64,000 nucleotides of DNA from an uncultured Rhodospirillaceae bacterium. Its GTDB lineage: Bacteria > Pseudomonadota > Alphaproteobacteria > MPNO01 > UBA830. Under the pieces are notes generated by a model. The model was not told where the DNA came from. It saw only the letters and a list, made by a program, of their open reading frames with translations, and did no database searches. The stretch spans positions 33,051 to 97,050 of the forward strand of contig CAYPNT010000002.1 of assembly GCA_964412235.1 (NCBI GenBank). Direction: 5' to 3'. Below are positions 10,088-19,927 of the stretch, in pieces. The translations under genes were made by a program, and so were the position numbers. How positions within the stretch are numbered: position 1 is the first letter of the stretch; every line of letters begins with the position of its first letter.

Positions 10088-10979
10088 TATCATATTGTTC
10101 CTAATGACCTTGGTGGCCCTGGGAGTTGTAATCGGACCACTGATGCATCCGACAAAAATAAATTCCGCCCTCTCGGGGAACGAACTAGAAATCTACAAAA
10201 ATCAACTCGAAGACATAGATCGTGATTTGAAACTCGGGTTGATTACCGCAACAGAGGCCGACGTAGCACGCGTCGAAATTCACCGACGTGTCATTTCTTC
10301 CTCTGCAACCCAGCAATCTTTACACGTTAGTTCTAGAAGGCAAACTTTACTCGCCGTAATTATTATCGGTTTGTGTATTCCCACTACCTCTCTCATCATC
10401 TATTTGCAAATGGGGCGGCCTGACTTAGCTTTTGAGTCCATTCACTCGAACCGCAGTTCAATAGCGGCGGACCAGAACATTAAAAACCTTGAAAAGAAAG
10501 CAGCAGAGATCGCCACAATTCTTGAAAAAGATCCTGGACAAACCAAATTATGGAGCCAACTCGGCGCGATTTTATTGGGGATAGGACAATTTGAGCGCGC
10601 GGCAATCGCGTACCTCCAAGCACACAATCTTGCACCCAAAACCCCGGGCTATATATCGAGGGCGGGTGAGGCATTAACCTTCGCTGCCGGCGGTACGGTT
10701 ACACCACGCGCCGAAAGACTTTTTACTAACACAATGAAACGCAATCCGCATGATTTCCGCGCCCAATATTATATTGGCCTCGCGAACTTCCAACGTGGCA
10801 ACTACCAGACTGCTTTGAAAGTATGGGTCTTACTAGAGGCAAAATTAGAGAACAAAACGCAGCGCCGGCAACTTATACAGAAAAGAATAAATAAATTAGC
10901 GCAGCAACTAAATATGAACATGAAAAAACTTGCAAAACTTAGGGACCAAGCGCGACAGAATACAAATGTGAACCAATAG
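10077..10979 (+). CDS. ccmI: Cytochrome c-type biogenesis protein CcmI (TPR protein)
   Basis: Two N-terminal TM segments followed by a TPR-like periplasmic domain. Position after ccmH. ATG at 10077 (track ORF starts at 10032). Confidence 0.7.
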   Translation: MTLSIILFLMTLVALGVVIGPLMHPTKINSALSGNELEIYKNQLEDIDRDLKLGLITATEADVARVEIHRRVISSSATQQSLHVSSRRQTLLAVIIIGLCIPTTSLIIYLQMGRPDLAFESIHSNRSSIAADQNIKNLEKKAAEIATILEKDPGQTKLWSQLGAILLGIGQFERAAIAYLQAHNLAPKTPGYISRAGEALTFAAGGTVTPRAERLFTNTMKRNPHDFRAQYYIGLANFQRGNYQTALKVWVLLEAKLENKTQRRQLIQKRINKLAQQLNMNMKKLAKLRDQARQNTNVNQ

Positions 10980-11067
10980 AAAGCCTGGAAGAAGCCCGAT
11001 CAAATAATTCTATGTTTGTTCCTCTTAAGTATTTGAACCAAGTGATGCCATCGGGATAAACTTTGTT

Positions 11068-12303
11068 ATGTCTAAAATTCATTTTCGAGACTATCTACCA
11101 AACGCTCCCCGTGATCCGGACGTAGACGCACGAACACACACACAGGTGCGTATGCAATCAGAGCGGCCTCAGGGTTTGTTTGAAAACTGGCGTAGCCTCT
11201 TTTCAAAACCTTTTGTGGGGCTCACAACACAGGGACAACCAAAAAGAGATTTGTTCAACATAAAATCCGAAGGGGCACCTAATTCCAATGCGATCAGAGC
11301 GGTCGAAAACTTATTGGCCGTCCTAACGCCCAATCAAAAGGTAAAAATGCATTTCGAAATTGCTTCGGAAAACTGGCGCAACTGGCAGAATACTGAACTT
11401 TTTGTCGAGACACACGGCCTGAGATTAGATGAACACCCAATCGAACTGCGGGAATCTGTCATGGCTGTGGTACGTGCGAGTTTGGGTGCCCGCGGGTTTG
11501 AGATGTCCCGAGATGTAATGCGCCTGAATGGTTTCCTTGGAGAGCTGATTGGCGCCCCGCTCGTATTGGGTGAGTGGACCTATATATTTTGTTTATTCGG
11601 AAACCCTTCCATCGATCACCCCTGGGGCTGGCAACTGTTTGGACATCATCTCTGCCTCAATTGTTTTTTTCTGGGTGATCAAATGGTTTTAACCCCAGCA
11701 TTCATGGGCGCCGAACCAAGCTACGGGGACACAGGTCAATATTTGGGTTTAAAACTCTTTGAAGATGAAGAGCGAAAGGGGTTATCCCTAATGCGAACAT
11801 TTTCCGCAGAACAACAAGTAACTGCCACCGTCTCACATTCGATGATTGGTGGAGACCTACCGCAGGGCCGCCGCCATTTTGCTGACAACCTCCATCTCGG
11901 TGGTGCATTTCAGGACAATCGGATCGTCCCATACGAAGGGCTATCCGCGGATACGATGACAATGTTGCAACGGCGTCACCTATTGGACCTTATAGAGGCC
12001 TACTTGGTTACACTTCCGGAAGGACCGCGTACTGCTCGAATGACAGCAATAGAGAAACATCTTGCGGATACACACTTTTGTTGGATTGGCGGAACGGACG
12101 AACACAGCCCTTTTTATTACCGCATCCAAAGTCCCGTAACATTCATCGAGTTTGACCATCACACTGGCGTGTTTTTAACAAACAAAGAACCCGCAAAATT
12201 CCATGTCCACACCATTGTCAGGACGCCGAACGGAAACGACTACGGGGTCGATCTTCTAAAACTCCATTACAAGAATGCCTCTCATCACCAAAGTCGTAGG
12301 TGA
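11068..12303 (+). CDS. DUF3500 domain-containing protein
   Basis: 'HPWGWQLFGHHLCLNCFFLGDQMVLTPAFMGAEPS' matches the DUF3500 core as I remember it. Confidence 0.65.
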   Translation: MSKIHFRDYLPNAPRDPDVDARTHTQVRMQSERPQGLFENWRSLFSKPFVGLTTQGQPKRDLFNIKSEGAPNSNAIRAVENLLAVLTPNQKVKMHFEIASENWRNWQNTELFVETHGLRLDEHPIELRESVMAVVRASLGARGFEMSRDVMRLNGFLGELIGAPLVLGEWTYIFCLFGNPSIDHPWGWQLFGHHLCLNCFFLGDQMVLTPAFMGAEPSYGDTGQYLGLKLFEDEERKGLSLMRTFSAEQQVTATVSHSMIGGDLPQGRRHFADNLHLGGAFQDNRIVPYEGLSADTMTMLQRRHLLDLIEAYLVTLPEGPRTARMTAIEKHLADTHFCWIGGTDEHSPFYYRIQSPVTFIEFDHHTGVFLTNKEPAKFHVHTIVRTPNGNDYGVDLLKLHYKNASHHQSRR

Positions 12304-12395
12304 AACTTATAACACAGACGCCATTGGGTATTTATTACGTAACGAGTTGTATCCAGCATTCCGATGCTGTGGAAGACGATTTATTAGCCAAACTG

Positions 12396-13016
12396 CTAGG
12401 ACGAGTCTACGGGTCTGCGAGCCTTCAGGGCTGCGGAAAGTGTTCCATCATCGAGGTATTCCAGTTCACCTCCAATTGGTACGCCTTGGGCAAGACGAGA
12501 AACATTAAAGACCATATCTTTGCCAAGTCGCAACTCCTCAAGACGATCTATTATGTAGTGAGCCGTAGTTTGGCCTTCGACGGTCGCGGATGTAGCTAAG
12601 ATAACTTCCGAAACCCCCCCTTCAGAAACTCGTCTAACGAGGGTGTCAATTTTAAGTTGTTCTGGTCCTCGATTATCTAGAGCCGATAAAGTCCCACCTA
12701 ATACATGATAGATGCCACGGTATGAAGCTGTGCGTTCTAAAGCCCACAAGTCCGCGATGTCTTCCACTACACAAATTGACGATGATTGTCGTCTGTCGTC
12801 GGCACATATTCCACAGGGATCATCAGAGTCCAGATTGCCGCAAACATGACATGGATGAACTGAATCCGCCGCGTTAACCATCGCCTCCGCTAACAAATGC
12901 AGATGTGAGTCACGCCTTTTGATAAGATACAAAGTAGCACGACGGGCGGAACGCGGACCAAGGCCCGGAAGTTTAGCTAATAACTGTATAAGTGTTTCGA
13001 TTTCGGATGATGCCAT
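12396..13016 (-). CDS. recR: Recombination protein RecR
   Basis: HhH 'LPGLGPRSARR', C4 zinc finger 'CHVCGNLDSDDPCGICAD', Toprim domain. Confidence 0.93.
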   Translation of the reverse strand: MASSEIETLIQLLAKLPGLGPRSARRATLYLIKRRDSHLHLLAEAMVNAADSVHPCHVCGNLDSDDPCGICADDRRQSSSICVVEDIADLWALERTASYRGIYHVLGGTLSALDNRGPEQLKIDTLVRRVSEGGVSEVILATSATVEGQTTAHYIIDRLEELRLGKDMVFNVSRLAQGVPIGGELEYLDDGTLSAALKARRPVDSS

Positions 13017-13034
13017 TCGTGTGCCAGAAGACTT

Positions 13035-13358
13035 CTAAAATGGAAGTTTCATGCCCGGTGGTAGATTTAAACCCCCGGTAGCTTTCGACATCTCTTCCTG
13101 AACCAGTTGCTCGGATTTTACCTTAGCATCGTTAAAGGCAGCGACAACCAGATCTTCAACCACTTCGGCCTCTTCACCGTTAAATAGGCTGGGGTCTATT
13201 TTAAGACCCCGCATTTCCCCTTGGCCATTTAGGGTCACACTTACTAATCCTCCCCCAGCTTTACCTACCACTTCTATATCAACTAAACGCTCCTGCATCG
13301 CCTGCATTTTAGCCTGCATTTCTTGTGCCTGCTTCATCAGGTTACCTAAATTTTTCAT
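13035..13358 (-). CDS. ybaB: Nucleoid-associated protein YbaB/EbfC
   Basis: 107 aa, '[19 protein letters not shown]...'. Conserved dnaX-ybaB-recR position. Confidence 0.9.
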   Translation of the reverse strand: MKNLGNLMKQAQEMQAKMQAMQERLVDIEVVGKAGGGLVSVTLNGQGEMRGLKIDPSLFNGEEAEVVEDLVVAAFNDAKVKSEQLVQEEMSKATGGLNLPPGMKLPF

Positions 13359-13375
13359 ATCGGATCCTAATCAAA

Positions 13376-15208
13376 CTATGCAATATTATTATTGTCACTC
13401 TGGGGGTCTCTTGGTGATATTTTATCCTCGGAAGCCATTTCCTGGGAATGCTCACTCAAAGGTAGGCCATTTTCAGAATTCTTAACGTCCACAACTACGG
13501 CCCCCGGAAATGTATCAAGGGTCTTTTGGACAAGAGAGTGCCCAATAGCTGCCTCATAACTCGCAGCAGCAGAGGCATCCTTATTCTGCTGTAGTGTTGG
13601 TTTTCCCTCCTCCTGGCTCGCTTCAATGAACCAGGCTTTCCCCGTCCACTCATTGAGGCACCTACTAATATGTTTTGCAAGATCTCTCGGCCCATCTTCG
13701 GACACACGGAGCGAGATCTTGCCAATTTCATATTTAACAATATGCACATTATTGACCAAATAAGCGTGCAATAATGGTTCGCCATTAGTCGAAAACAACG
13801 CCACCATTTCTTCAAAGGTCTTTGGTAAAGTGTTTTTTATGACTGAGGTCGGTTCTATTTCTGCAGCGTGGTCAGGCATTAATGCCAGAGCCGTGGGTCC
13901 GGACGTGATGTTGGGATCCGAAACTTGAGGTGCCTTGGCCACTTCTGCCACAGCTTCTGAAGAGTGAGCTCTGCTCGAAACGGCGGCTCTCTCCGTTGTT
14001 TCAATTAAAGTTCCTTTGTCTAGAGCCGCCACTGCTTCCGCGGGCGAAGGTAAATCCGCCATGTATGCAATCCTGATGAGAACCATTTCTGCCACTTGGA
14101 TGGCAGAATATGCTGCCCGCATCTCAGCCAATCCCTTCAGAAGCATTTGCCATGTTCTTGTTAGAATGGCCATCTGCAGTTTTGACGCTACTAACCGACC
14201 TCTTGAAAGATCATGATCGGTCCTGGGTGCCACGTCAGCAACTTCGGGTATTGCCTTCAAGCGCGTCAACCAATGCGTGAGCTCTGCAAGGTCTTGTAAT
14301 ATTAATGTGGGATCAGCCCCAGATTGATACATGGATCCGAGTTGTTGAAGCGCTTCAGCTATTTTTCCATTCAATAACGCTTCAAACAAATCAAAAATAT
14401 GAACTCTCTCGGCTACTCCCAACATTTCCCGCACAGTCTCTTCGTTTATCTCAACGTCAGGCCCAACATGCGCGATTGCCTGGTCTAGTAATGATAAGCC
14501 ATCCCGGACGGATCCATCGGCGGCACGGGTAAGAAGATCTACCGCCCCCCTAGTAATCTTCGCCCGTTCCAATTTGGCTATTTCTGTAAAGTGCTTAGAT
14601 AGCTCTTCAAAATTTACCCTTCGCAAGTCAAAACGTTGACAGCGCGAGAGCACCGTCACCGGCACCCGTCGAATTTCGGTAGTAGCAAATATAAACTTCA
14701 CATGTTCTGGTGGCTCTTCCAGAGTTTTGAGTAAAGCATTAAAGGCATTGCGGGATAGCATGTGTACTTCGTCAACTATGTAAATTTTATAACGACCAGA
14801 CACAGGTCTGTAGACCACGCCATCGATTAACTCTCTTATATCATCAACCCCTGTTCGACTTGCCGCATCCATCTCGATAACATCCACGTGCCGGTCTTCC
14901 GCTATTGCAACGCAGTGTTCACAAACTCCGCAAGGATCTTTAGCAGGTCCGCCAGAACCTTCGGTCCCTATACAGTTCAGCGCACGAGCAATAATCCGCG
15001 CCGTCGTCGTTTTACCCACGCCGCGCACGCCAGTTAGAATAAACGAATGTGCTAGGCGGCCTGACTCCATTGCATTTGATAGCGTCCTGACCATTGGCTC
15101 TTGACCAATAAGCGTTGTAAAATCACTTGGCCTGTATTTTCTTGCGAGGACACGGAAGGCTTCATGTGGACTTCTGGTTTCAGCGTTTTGGACCATTTCA
15201 GGCGACAA
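13376..15208 (-). CDS. dnaX: DNA polymerase III subunit gamma/tau
   Basis: Walker A 'GVRGVGKTTTARI', zinc module 'CGVCEHCVAI', 'YIVDEVHMLS'. Confidence 0.93.
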   Translation of the reverse strand: MSPEMVQNAETRSPHEAFRVLARKYRPSDFTTLIGQEPMVRTLSNAMESGRLAHSFILTGVRGVGKTTTARIIARALNCIGTEGSGGPAKDPCGVCEHCVAIAEDRHVDVIEMDAASRTGVDDIRELIDGVVYRPVSGRYKIYIVDEVHMLSRNAFNALLKTLEEPPEHVKFIFATTEIRRVPVTVLSRCQRFDLRRVNFEELSKHFTEIAKLERAKITRGAVDLLTRAADGSVRDGLSLLDQAIAHVGPDVEINEETVREMLGVAERVHIFDLFEALLNGKIAEALQQLGSMYQSGADPTLILQDLAELTHWLTRLKAIPEVADVAPRTDHDLSRGRLVASKLQMAILTRTWQMLLKGLAEMRAAYSAIQVAEMVLIRIAYMADLPSPAEAVAALDKGTLIETTERAAVSSRAHSSEAVAEVAKAPQVSDPNITSGPTALALMPDHAAEIEPTSVIKNTLPKTFEEMVALFSTNGEPLLHAYLVNNVHIVKYEIGKISLRVSEDGPRDLAKHISRCLNEWTGKAWFIEASQEEGKPTLQQNKDASAAASYEAAIGHSLVQKTLDTFPGAVVVDVKNSENGLPLSEHSQEMASEDKISPRDPQSDNNNIA

Positions 15209-15280
15209 TTCTCCAGCCAGGGTATAACTCTCTTACGGGCAGTTTGAGCCAATTTTACCTAACTCAATCAAACTTTTTTC

Positions 15281-15401
15281 GGAAGCCGACTCCGATCGAG
15301 CAGGTGGAAGACTGGTGAGGCGACCCGGAAAAATCTCGTTACGGCTGCTTCCTTCCGGACCTGACCGGGTTGGCGAGTAATCCGTCCGCCGCCAGCCTTC
15401 C
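15281..15401 (-). ncRNA. ffs: Signal recognition particle RNA (small bacterial SRP / 4.5S-type); ends approximate
   Basis: The minus strand reads ...CCCGGTCAGGTCCGGAAGGAAGCAGCC..., which is the universally conserved helix 8 / domain IV motif. The flanking arms (GGAAGGCTGGCGGCGGACGG... / ...CCACCTGC...GTCGGCTTCC) can pair. Immediately upstream of dnaX on the same strand. Confidence 0.8.
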
Positions 15402-15516
15402 AATGTTATTATACCAGGTCTCGCGCACAGACCAAAGCCACGTAAATACATTTTGATGATATTCCCTTACACCACGGCAATTGCGATGTTCGCGCGGTTG
15501 TGCGAGTACTACTCAG

Positions 15517-16425
15517 ATGGTGGAATATAATTATTACTCGGATACGCTTCTCGATCGCGTGGCCCATCTTCGTACAAACCACAATTGGATGAAAGATCAG
15601 CTTGAATGCGATGAGACCCTGGTTATACCGGTATGGCGAACGCGAAATTTGATAACCAGACCAGAAGAACCGCGCGGCGTGATGTTGACGGTGAGCAGAG
15701 CGCAGGAGCTCATTAACATTGCTGACCCAAAGGTTTTGCTGGGGGTCCGCAATAATATTACCCATTTAGCCATTGATGTTTCCTCAATGGAAGAAGCAGA
15801 CATATGCAATTTTTATCAAGACAGCCAATTTGTGGACCTCCGCACTGTAGGGCCGGTTATGGATCGATCTGAATCAGCTATTCTTGCCTACGCCAAAGGT
15901 ATTATGTACTGGCATGAACGTCATAAATTCTGTGGCGTATGCGGAAGCGCGACTGAGGTATTTGAAGCGGGACACATGCGCAGGTGCGGAAATAGAGCTT
16001 GTGGCACCCCACATTTCCCGAGAACAGACCCAGCGGTGATTATGTTGGTTTCTAAGGATGATCGAGCACTCCTTGGGCGCAAAGCCGAATGGATGGATGG
16101 TATGTATTCAACATTAGCGGGATTTGTAGAGCCGGGCGAAAGCCTGGAGCAAGCAGTGGCCCGGGAAGTAATGGAAGAAGCCGGTGTTGAAATAACCAAT
16201 ATCCGCTACCATTCTTCACAACCATGGCCATTCCCCGCCTCACTTATGTTAGGTTTCTACGCGGATGCCCTAACGGAAGAGTTTAGTCAAAATGACGAGG
16301 AACTTGAAGATTTGAGGTGGTTTACGCGCCAAGAACTGGCCGATGGCGGCGCCGGTATTGCGCGTCGTCCTCGTTCCGATTCTATTGCTCGACGACTTAT
16401 CGATTCGTGGGTAGCAAATGGATAA
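15517..16425 (+). CDS. nudC: NAD+ diphosphatase (NADH pyrophosphatase), Nudix family
   Basis: Zinc ribbon 'CGVCGS...CGNRAC' followed by Nudix box 'GFVEPGESLEQAVAREVMEEAGV'. ATG at 15517 (track ORF begins at TTG 15481). Confidence 0.8.
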   Translation: MVEYNYYSDTLLDRVAHLRTNHNWMKDQLECDETLVIPVWRTRNLITRPEEPRGVMLTVSRAQELINIADPKVLLGVRNNITHLAIDVSSMEEADICNFYQDSQFVDLRTVGPVMDRSESAILAYAKGIMYWHERHKFCGVCGSATEVFEAGHMRRCGNRACGTPHFPRTDPAVIMLVSKDDRALLGRKAEWMDGMYSTLAGFVEPGESLEQAVAREVMEEAGVEITNIRYHSSQPWPFPASLMLGFYADALTEEFSQNDEELEDLRWFTRQELADGGAGIARRPRSDSIARRLIDSWVANG

Positions 16426-16448
16426 AACCATATCCTAAGGTAAAACAT

Positions 16449-17321
16449 TTATGCCTGATTTCTGAAAGGATCGGCAGGATACGTGCCTAATATCCTAACC
16501 TCATGGGTATAAAAATCCAATTCTTCCATTGCTAATCGAAAGTTGAGATCTCCAGGTCCTCCCTCAACATCCGCATAGAATTGCGTTGCAAAAAAATCCC
16601 CTCCAACCATATAGCTCTCTAGTTTAGTCATATTTATCCCATTGGTTGCAAACCCCCCAAGCGCCTTAAAAAGAGCAGCCGGGACGTTACGAACCCGAAA
16701 AATAAAACTTGTTACCAGGGGTCCGTCATGGCCTTTTGGAGCAAACGCGTCACGTGCCATAACCACGAACCGTGTTGTATTGTGTTCTGCGTCTTCGATA
16801 TTAGCCCGGATTGATTTGAGGCCGTAAACCGCGCCTGCTAGCTCGGAAGCAATTGCGGCGTCGGAGGTACTTCCCGTTGCAGCTATGTCGGATGCAGCAC
16901 CCGCAGTGTCGGCATGGATAATTGGTTCTAACTTATATTTTCGTATAAACCGCCCACATTGGCCTAAAGCATGGACATGGCTATGTACTCGCTGAATAGT
17001 ATTTAGAGAGGCGCCGTCCGGGGCCAGTAAATAATGGTTAACCGGCAATAAACGCTCGCCGATAATGTAAAGCCCCGATTCTGGCATTATCCTATGAATG
17101 TCCGCGACACGCCCAGCAACCGAATTTTCAATTGGTATCATGGCATATTTAGCTTTTCGCTCTAAAACAGCCGAAAATGTGTCCTCAAAGCTTGCTGTGG
17201 GTAGCGGATCCATTTCAGGAAAGAATTTGCTGCAGGCGAGATGGGAATAGGCTCCCGGTTGGCCCTGAAACGCGATGGTTCGTTTCGATGACTGGCGTTT
17301 TTGTTTTTTTTGGGCCGGCAT
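16449..17321 (-). CDS. pheA: Prephenate dehydratase
   Basis: PDT domain ('IAFQGQPGAYSH', 'NTTRFVVM') plus C-terminal ACT-like domain. Confidence 0.85.
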   Translation of the reverse strand: MPAQKKQKRQSSKRTIAFQGQPGAYSHLACSKFFPEMDPLPTASFEDTFSAVLERKAKYAMIPIENSVAGRVADIHRIMPESGLYIIGERLLPVNHYLLAPDGASLNTIQRVHSHVHALGQCGRFIRKYKLEPIIHADTAGAASDIAATGSTSDAAIASELAGAVYGLKSIRANIEDAEHNTTRFVVMARDAFAPKGHDGPLVTSFIFRVRNVPAALFKALGGFATNGINMTKLESYMVGGDFFATQFYADVEGGPGDLNFRLAMEELDFYTHEVRILGTYPADPFRNQA

Positions 17322-17366
17322 TATCCGTTTACCTCTTTTTCTACTGGGGTGCTCCAGAGTAACAAA

Positions 17367-18125
17367 TCACGCAGAACCGGCCGCAAGACATGCCCTAGCC
17401 CGGTCCAGATCGGCGGGAGTATCGACCCCGATGGGAACCGTGTCAACGAGCGCGACATCTATTCGCATGCCCGCCTCTAACGCGCGCAATTGTTCTAGTT
17501 TTTCAAGACTCTCTAGCCTGCTTTCTGGAAGAGAAACAAATTTATCCAGAATGTTGCGTTTGAATCCATAAACCCCAATGTGGTGATAGTGTGGGCCAAC
17601 AGAATTAAATGGAACCATTGCGCGGCTGAAATAGAGTGCCCTTCCGATATCCGACGTTTCAGACGGAAAAGATAGGACCACTTTTACAACATTTTTATCG
17701 GCTCTCTCTCGCTGATCTGTAATCTCCGCAGCTAATGTTGTTATATCTACTTTCAAATCATCAAAGGGCTTTAACGACGCACTAATGAGCGCTGGATTTA
17801 TCGTTGGAAGGTCCCCTTGCAGGTTAATAACGAGGTTGTAACGCCCATCTGGATCAAACACAGTGAGTGCCTTGTGCACCCGATCCGAACCACTAGGGAG
17901 ATCGGGGTCAGTTAAAAAAGCGTTCCCACCAACTGATTTAATCACCTCCGCTATTTCCACATCACCACAAGCGACGAGAACAGGTCCAATATCTGCTTCG
18001 ATTGCTCGCTGCCATACCTGAACAATCATTGGTACTCCGTGTAGGTCAGCAAGAGGTTTGTCTGGAAACCGGGTCGCGGCAAGTCTAGCCGGAATCACAA
18101 TCACTGGGTTTTTCGTTTGGTTCAT
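17367..18125 (-). CDS. kdsB: 3-deoxy-manno-octulosonate cytidylyltransferase
   Basis: 'VIVIPARLAATRFPDKPL' N-terminus. ATG at 18125 (track ORF extends to 18155). Confidence 0.88.
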   Translation of the reverse strand: MNQTKNPVIVIPARLAATRFPDKPLADLHGVPMIVQVWQRAIEADIGPVLVACGDVEIAEVIKSVGGNAFLTDPDLPSGSDRVHKALTVFDPDGRYNLVINLQGDLPTINPALISASLKPFDDLKVDITTLAAEITDQRERADKNVVKVVLSFPSETSDIGRALYFSRAMVPFNSVGPHYHHIGVYGFKRNILDKFVSLPESRLESLEKLEQLRALEAGMRIDVALVDTVPIGVDTPADLDRARACLAAGSA

Positions 18126-18308
18126 AAAATCCCGGTCCTGAGAAAAAGATATCAAAAAGAACTTTCGAACGGGTGCGACATTATACCCCTTGTGCCAGAA
18201 CGGGAATGCCTTATCGGTGGATCGTTGTTAGACAGATAGAAAGACAAAGGTTATTTTGCCGATGCCTTTATAGTGACCTGGCTGGATAATTTCTAACGGA
18301 TTCCCGAG

Positions 18309-18860
18309 ATGTCGTCATTCGAATTAAATAAGATTATTGGTGCGGTGCTCCTCGCTGTTCTGGTCCTGGTCGTTATTGGCAAGGTAGGCGATAATCTTGT
18401 GTCCACAGAAGACAAACATGGAAACGGACACGGCACGGACAAAATAGTCAAAGAACAAGTTATTGCCGAAAAGCCGACCCTCCAAAAGAAGAAAGAGCCA
18501 CTTCAGCCAGTCACCGAATTGATGGTATCGGCCGACGTGTCGGCCGGGAAAAAGGTTTTTGCCAAATGTAAAGCCTGCCACACTACGCAAAAGGGCAAGA
18601 AAAGTGGGATTGGCCCCAATCTCTGGAAGGTCGTGAACCGGATGCCGGGCTCGGTTACCCAATTTAAGTACTCTAAAGCATTTCAAGGCATCGCCGACAA
18701 ACCGTGGTCATATGAAAACTTAAATGCCTTCCTAGCTAAACCAAAGTCGTACGTTAAAGGCACAAAAATGTCTTTTGTGGGTTTGAAAAAAGTAAAAGAT
18801 CGCGCAAATGTTATTGCATTTCTCAGAAGTCTTAGTGAAACTCCCCCCCCTCTTAAATAG
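18309..18860 (+). CDS. Membrane-anchored class I cytochrome c (CycM-like)
   Basis: N-terminal TM helix, linker, heme site 'CKACHT' and distal Met region 'KMSFVGLKK'. Confidence 0.8.
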   Translation: MSSFELNKIIGAVLLAVLVLVVIGKVGDNLVSTEDKHGNGHGTDKIVKEQVIAEKPTLQKKKEPLQPVTELMVSADVSAGKKVFAKCKACHTTQKGKKSGIGPNLWKVVNRMPGSVTQFKYSKAFQGIADKPWSYENLNAFLAKPKSYVKGTKMSFVGLKKVKDRANVIAFLRSLSETPPPLK

Positions 18861-19057
18861 TTCTTGGTGAGTTAACTAACCCGTCTTTAAATTATAGTTG
18901 TGTTGCCTACCCTTGCTCTCCACGAAACTACAAAACTCTGAAACAATCTATAAAACATCAAAACTATCGTTCGCGGCGCTGGGAAGGTATAGCCAACCTT
19001 AATGGTCGACGTCCTCAACACCTTCCAAACTTCGCAAAATTAAGCCAGACTACCTCC

Positions 19058-19843
19058 ATGCTTGATGAAAATCCCTGTGACTTCGTTTCCCTCGCAAATC
19101 GTCTTGCTGATGCCAGCGGGCCGATTATCAGGAATTACTTTCGGACTCCCTTCACGGTTGACAGAAAAGATGATGGATCCCCGGTTACGCGAGCTGATCA
19201 AGAAGCAGAGGCAATTATGAGGTCAATGCTTGCCCAGGAACGACCGATGGATGGCATTTTTGGCGAAGAATATAAAAATAAAAATCTAGAATCGGAATTT
19301 ATCTGGGTGATAGACCCAATTGACGGTACTAAATCTTTCATCACTGGGCGGCCTATATTCGGGACGCTAATAGCAGTCGTCCAGAAAAATAAGCCAACTT
19401 TGGGCTTAATTGACCAACCTATAAATAACGAGCGTTGGCTTGCAACCAGGGGAAATGGTGCAACCTTTAACGGGAAAGTTATTAAGGTTAGGACCTGTGC
19501 AAAACTCGCTGACGCCGTCATTGGAACCACATCACCACAATTATTCGATAGCACGGGAAAAGACCAGTGGCAGAAAGTTTCTTCTAAGGCAAAACATGTA
19601 GTTTACGGAGGCGATTGCTACACCTATGCGCAGCTTGCTGCGGGATTTGTCGACGTCGTTATGGAAACAGGTTTAAAACCATACGATTTTTGCGCTATTG
19701 CATTGTTAGTTGAGGAGGCAGGTGGCATTATTACTGACTGGCAAGGCGACCCAATAACCATGGCCTCCAATGGTAGTATACTCGCGTGCGGCGATCCGCG
19801 TGTTCACCAAGAAATTATGGATTCGTTAAAACATAGAAATTAG
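19058..19843 (+). CDS. hisN: Inositol monophosphatase family protein, probably histidinol-phosphatase HisN
   Basis: 'FGEEY', 'WVIDPIDGTKSF', 'IDQPINNERW'. About 260 aa, as in alphaproteobacterial HisN. Confidence 0.6.
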   Translation: MLDENPCDFVSLANRLADASGPIIRNYFRTPFTVDRKDDGSPVTRADQEAEAIMRSMLAQERPMDGIFGEEYKNKNLESEFIWVIDPIDGTKSFITGRPIFGTLIAVVQKNKPTLGLIDQPINNERWLATRGNGATFNGKVIKVRTCAKLADAVIGTTSPQLFDSTGKDQWQKVSSKAKHVVYGGDCYTYAQLAAGFVDVVMETGLKPYDFCAIALLVEEAGGIITDWQGDPITMASNGSILACGDPRVHQEIMDSLKHRN

Positions 19844-19927
19844 AATTCCCATGACGTCCCCATATTTATGTGAATGCTATAAATTATTACACTTAGAATT
19901 CCGGCGTGTGTTGAGAACCAAACCACA

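Noticed and set aside
12354-12369. Hairpin CAGCAT-tccg-ATGCTG between the convergent DUF3500 and recR genes as a terminator
   Set aside because: The stem is only 6 bp and there is no T-run on either strand. Too weak to call.
15233-15765. ORFs 15233-15451 and 15409-15765 (minus) and 15127-15318 (plus) in the dnaX-nudC intergenic region
   Set aside because: This region is explained by the SRP RNA gene and promoter space, and the ORFs have no coding features.
18843-18850. C8 homopolymer at the 3' end of the cytochrome c gene as a possible phase-variation tract
   Set aside because: It encodes the PPP of the last seven residues, so slippage would only alter the extreme C-terminus. No other contingency-locus features.
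18861-19057. 197-bp intergenic region after the cytochrome c gene as a possible sRNA or riboswitch, including the imperfect palindrome GGTGAGTTAACTAACC at about 18866-18881
   Set aside because: No conserved riboswitch core, no terminator-like structure and no promoter I can support. The palindrome has two mismatches.
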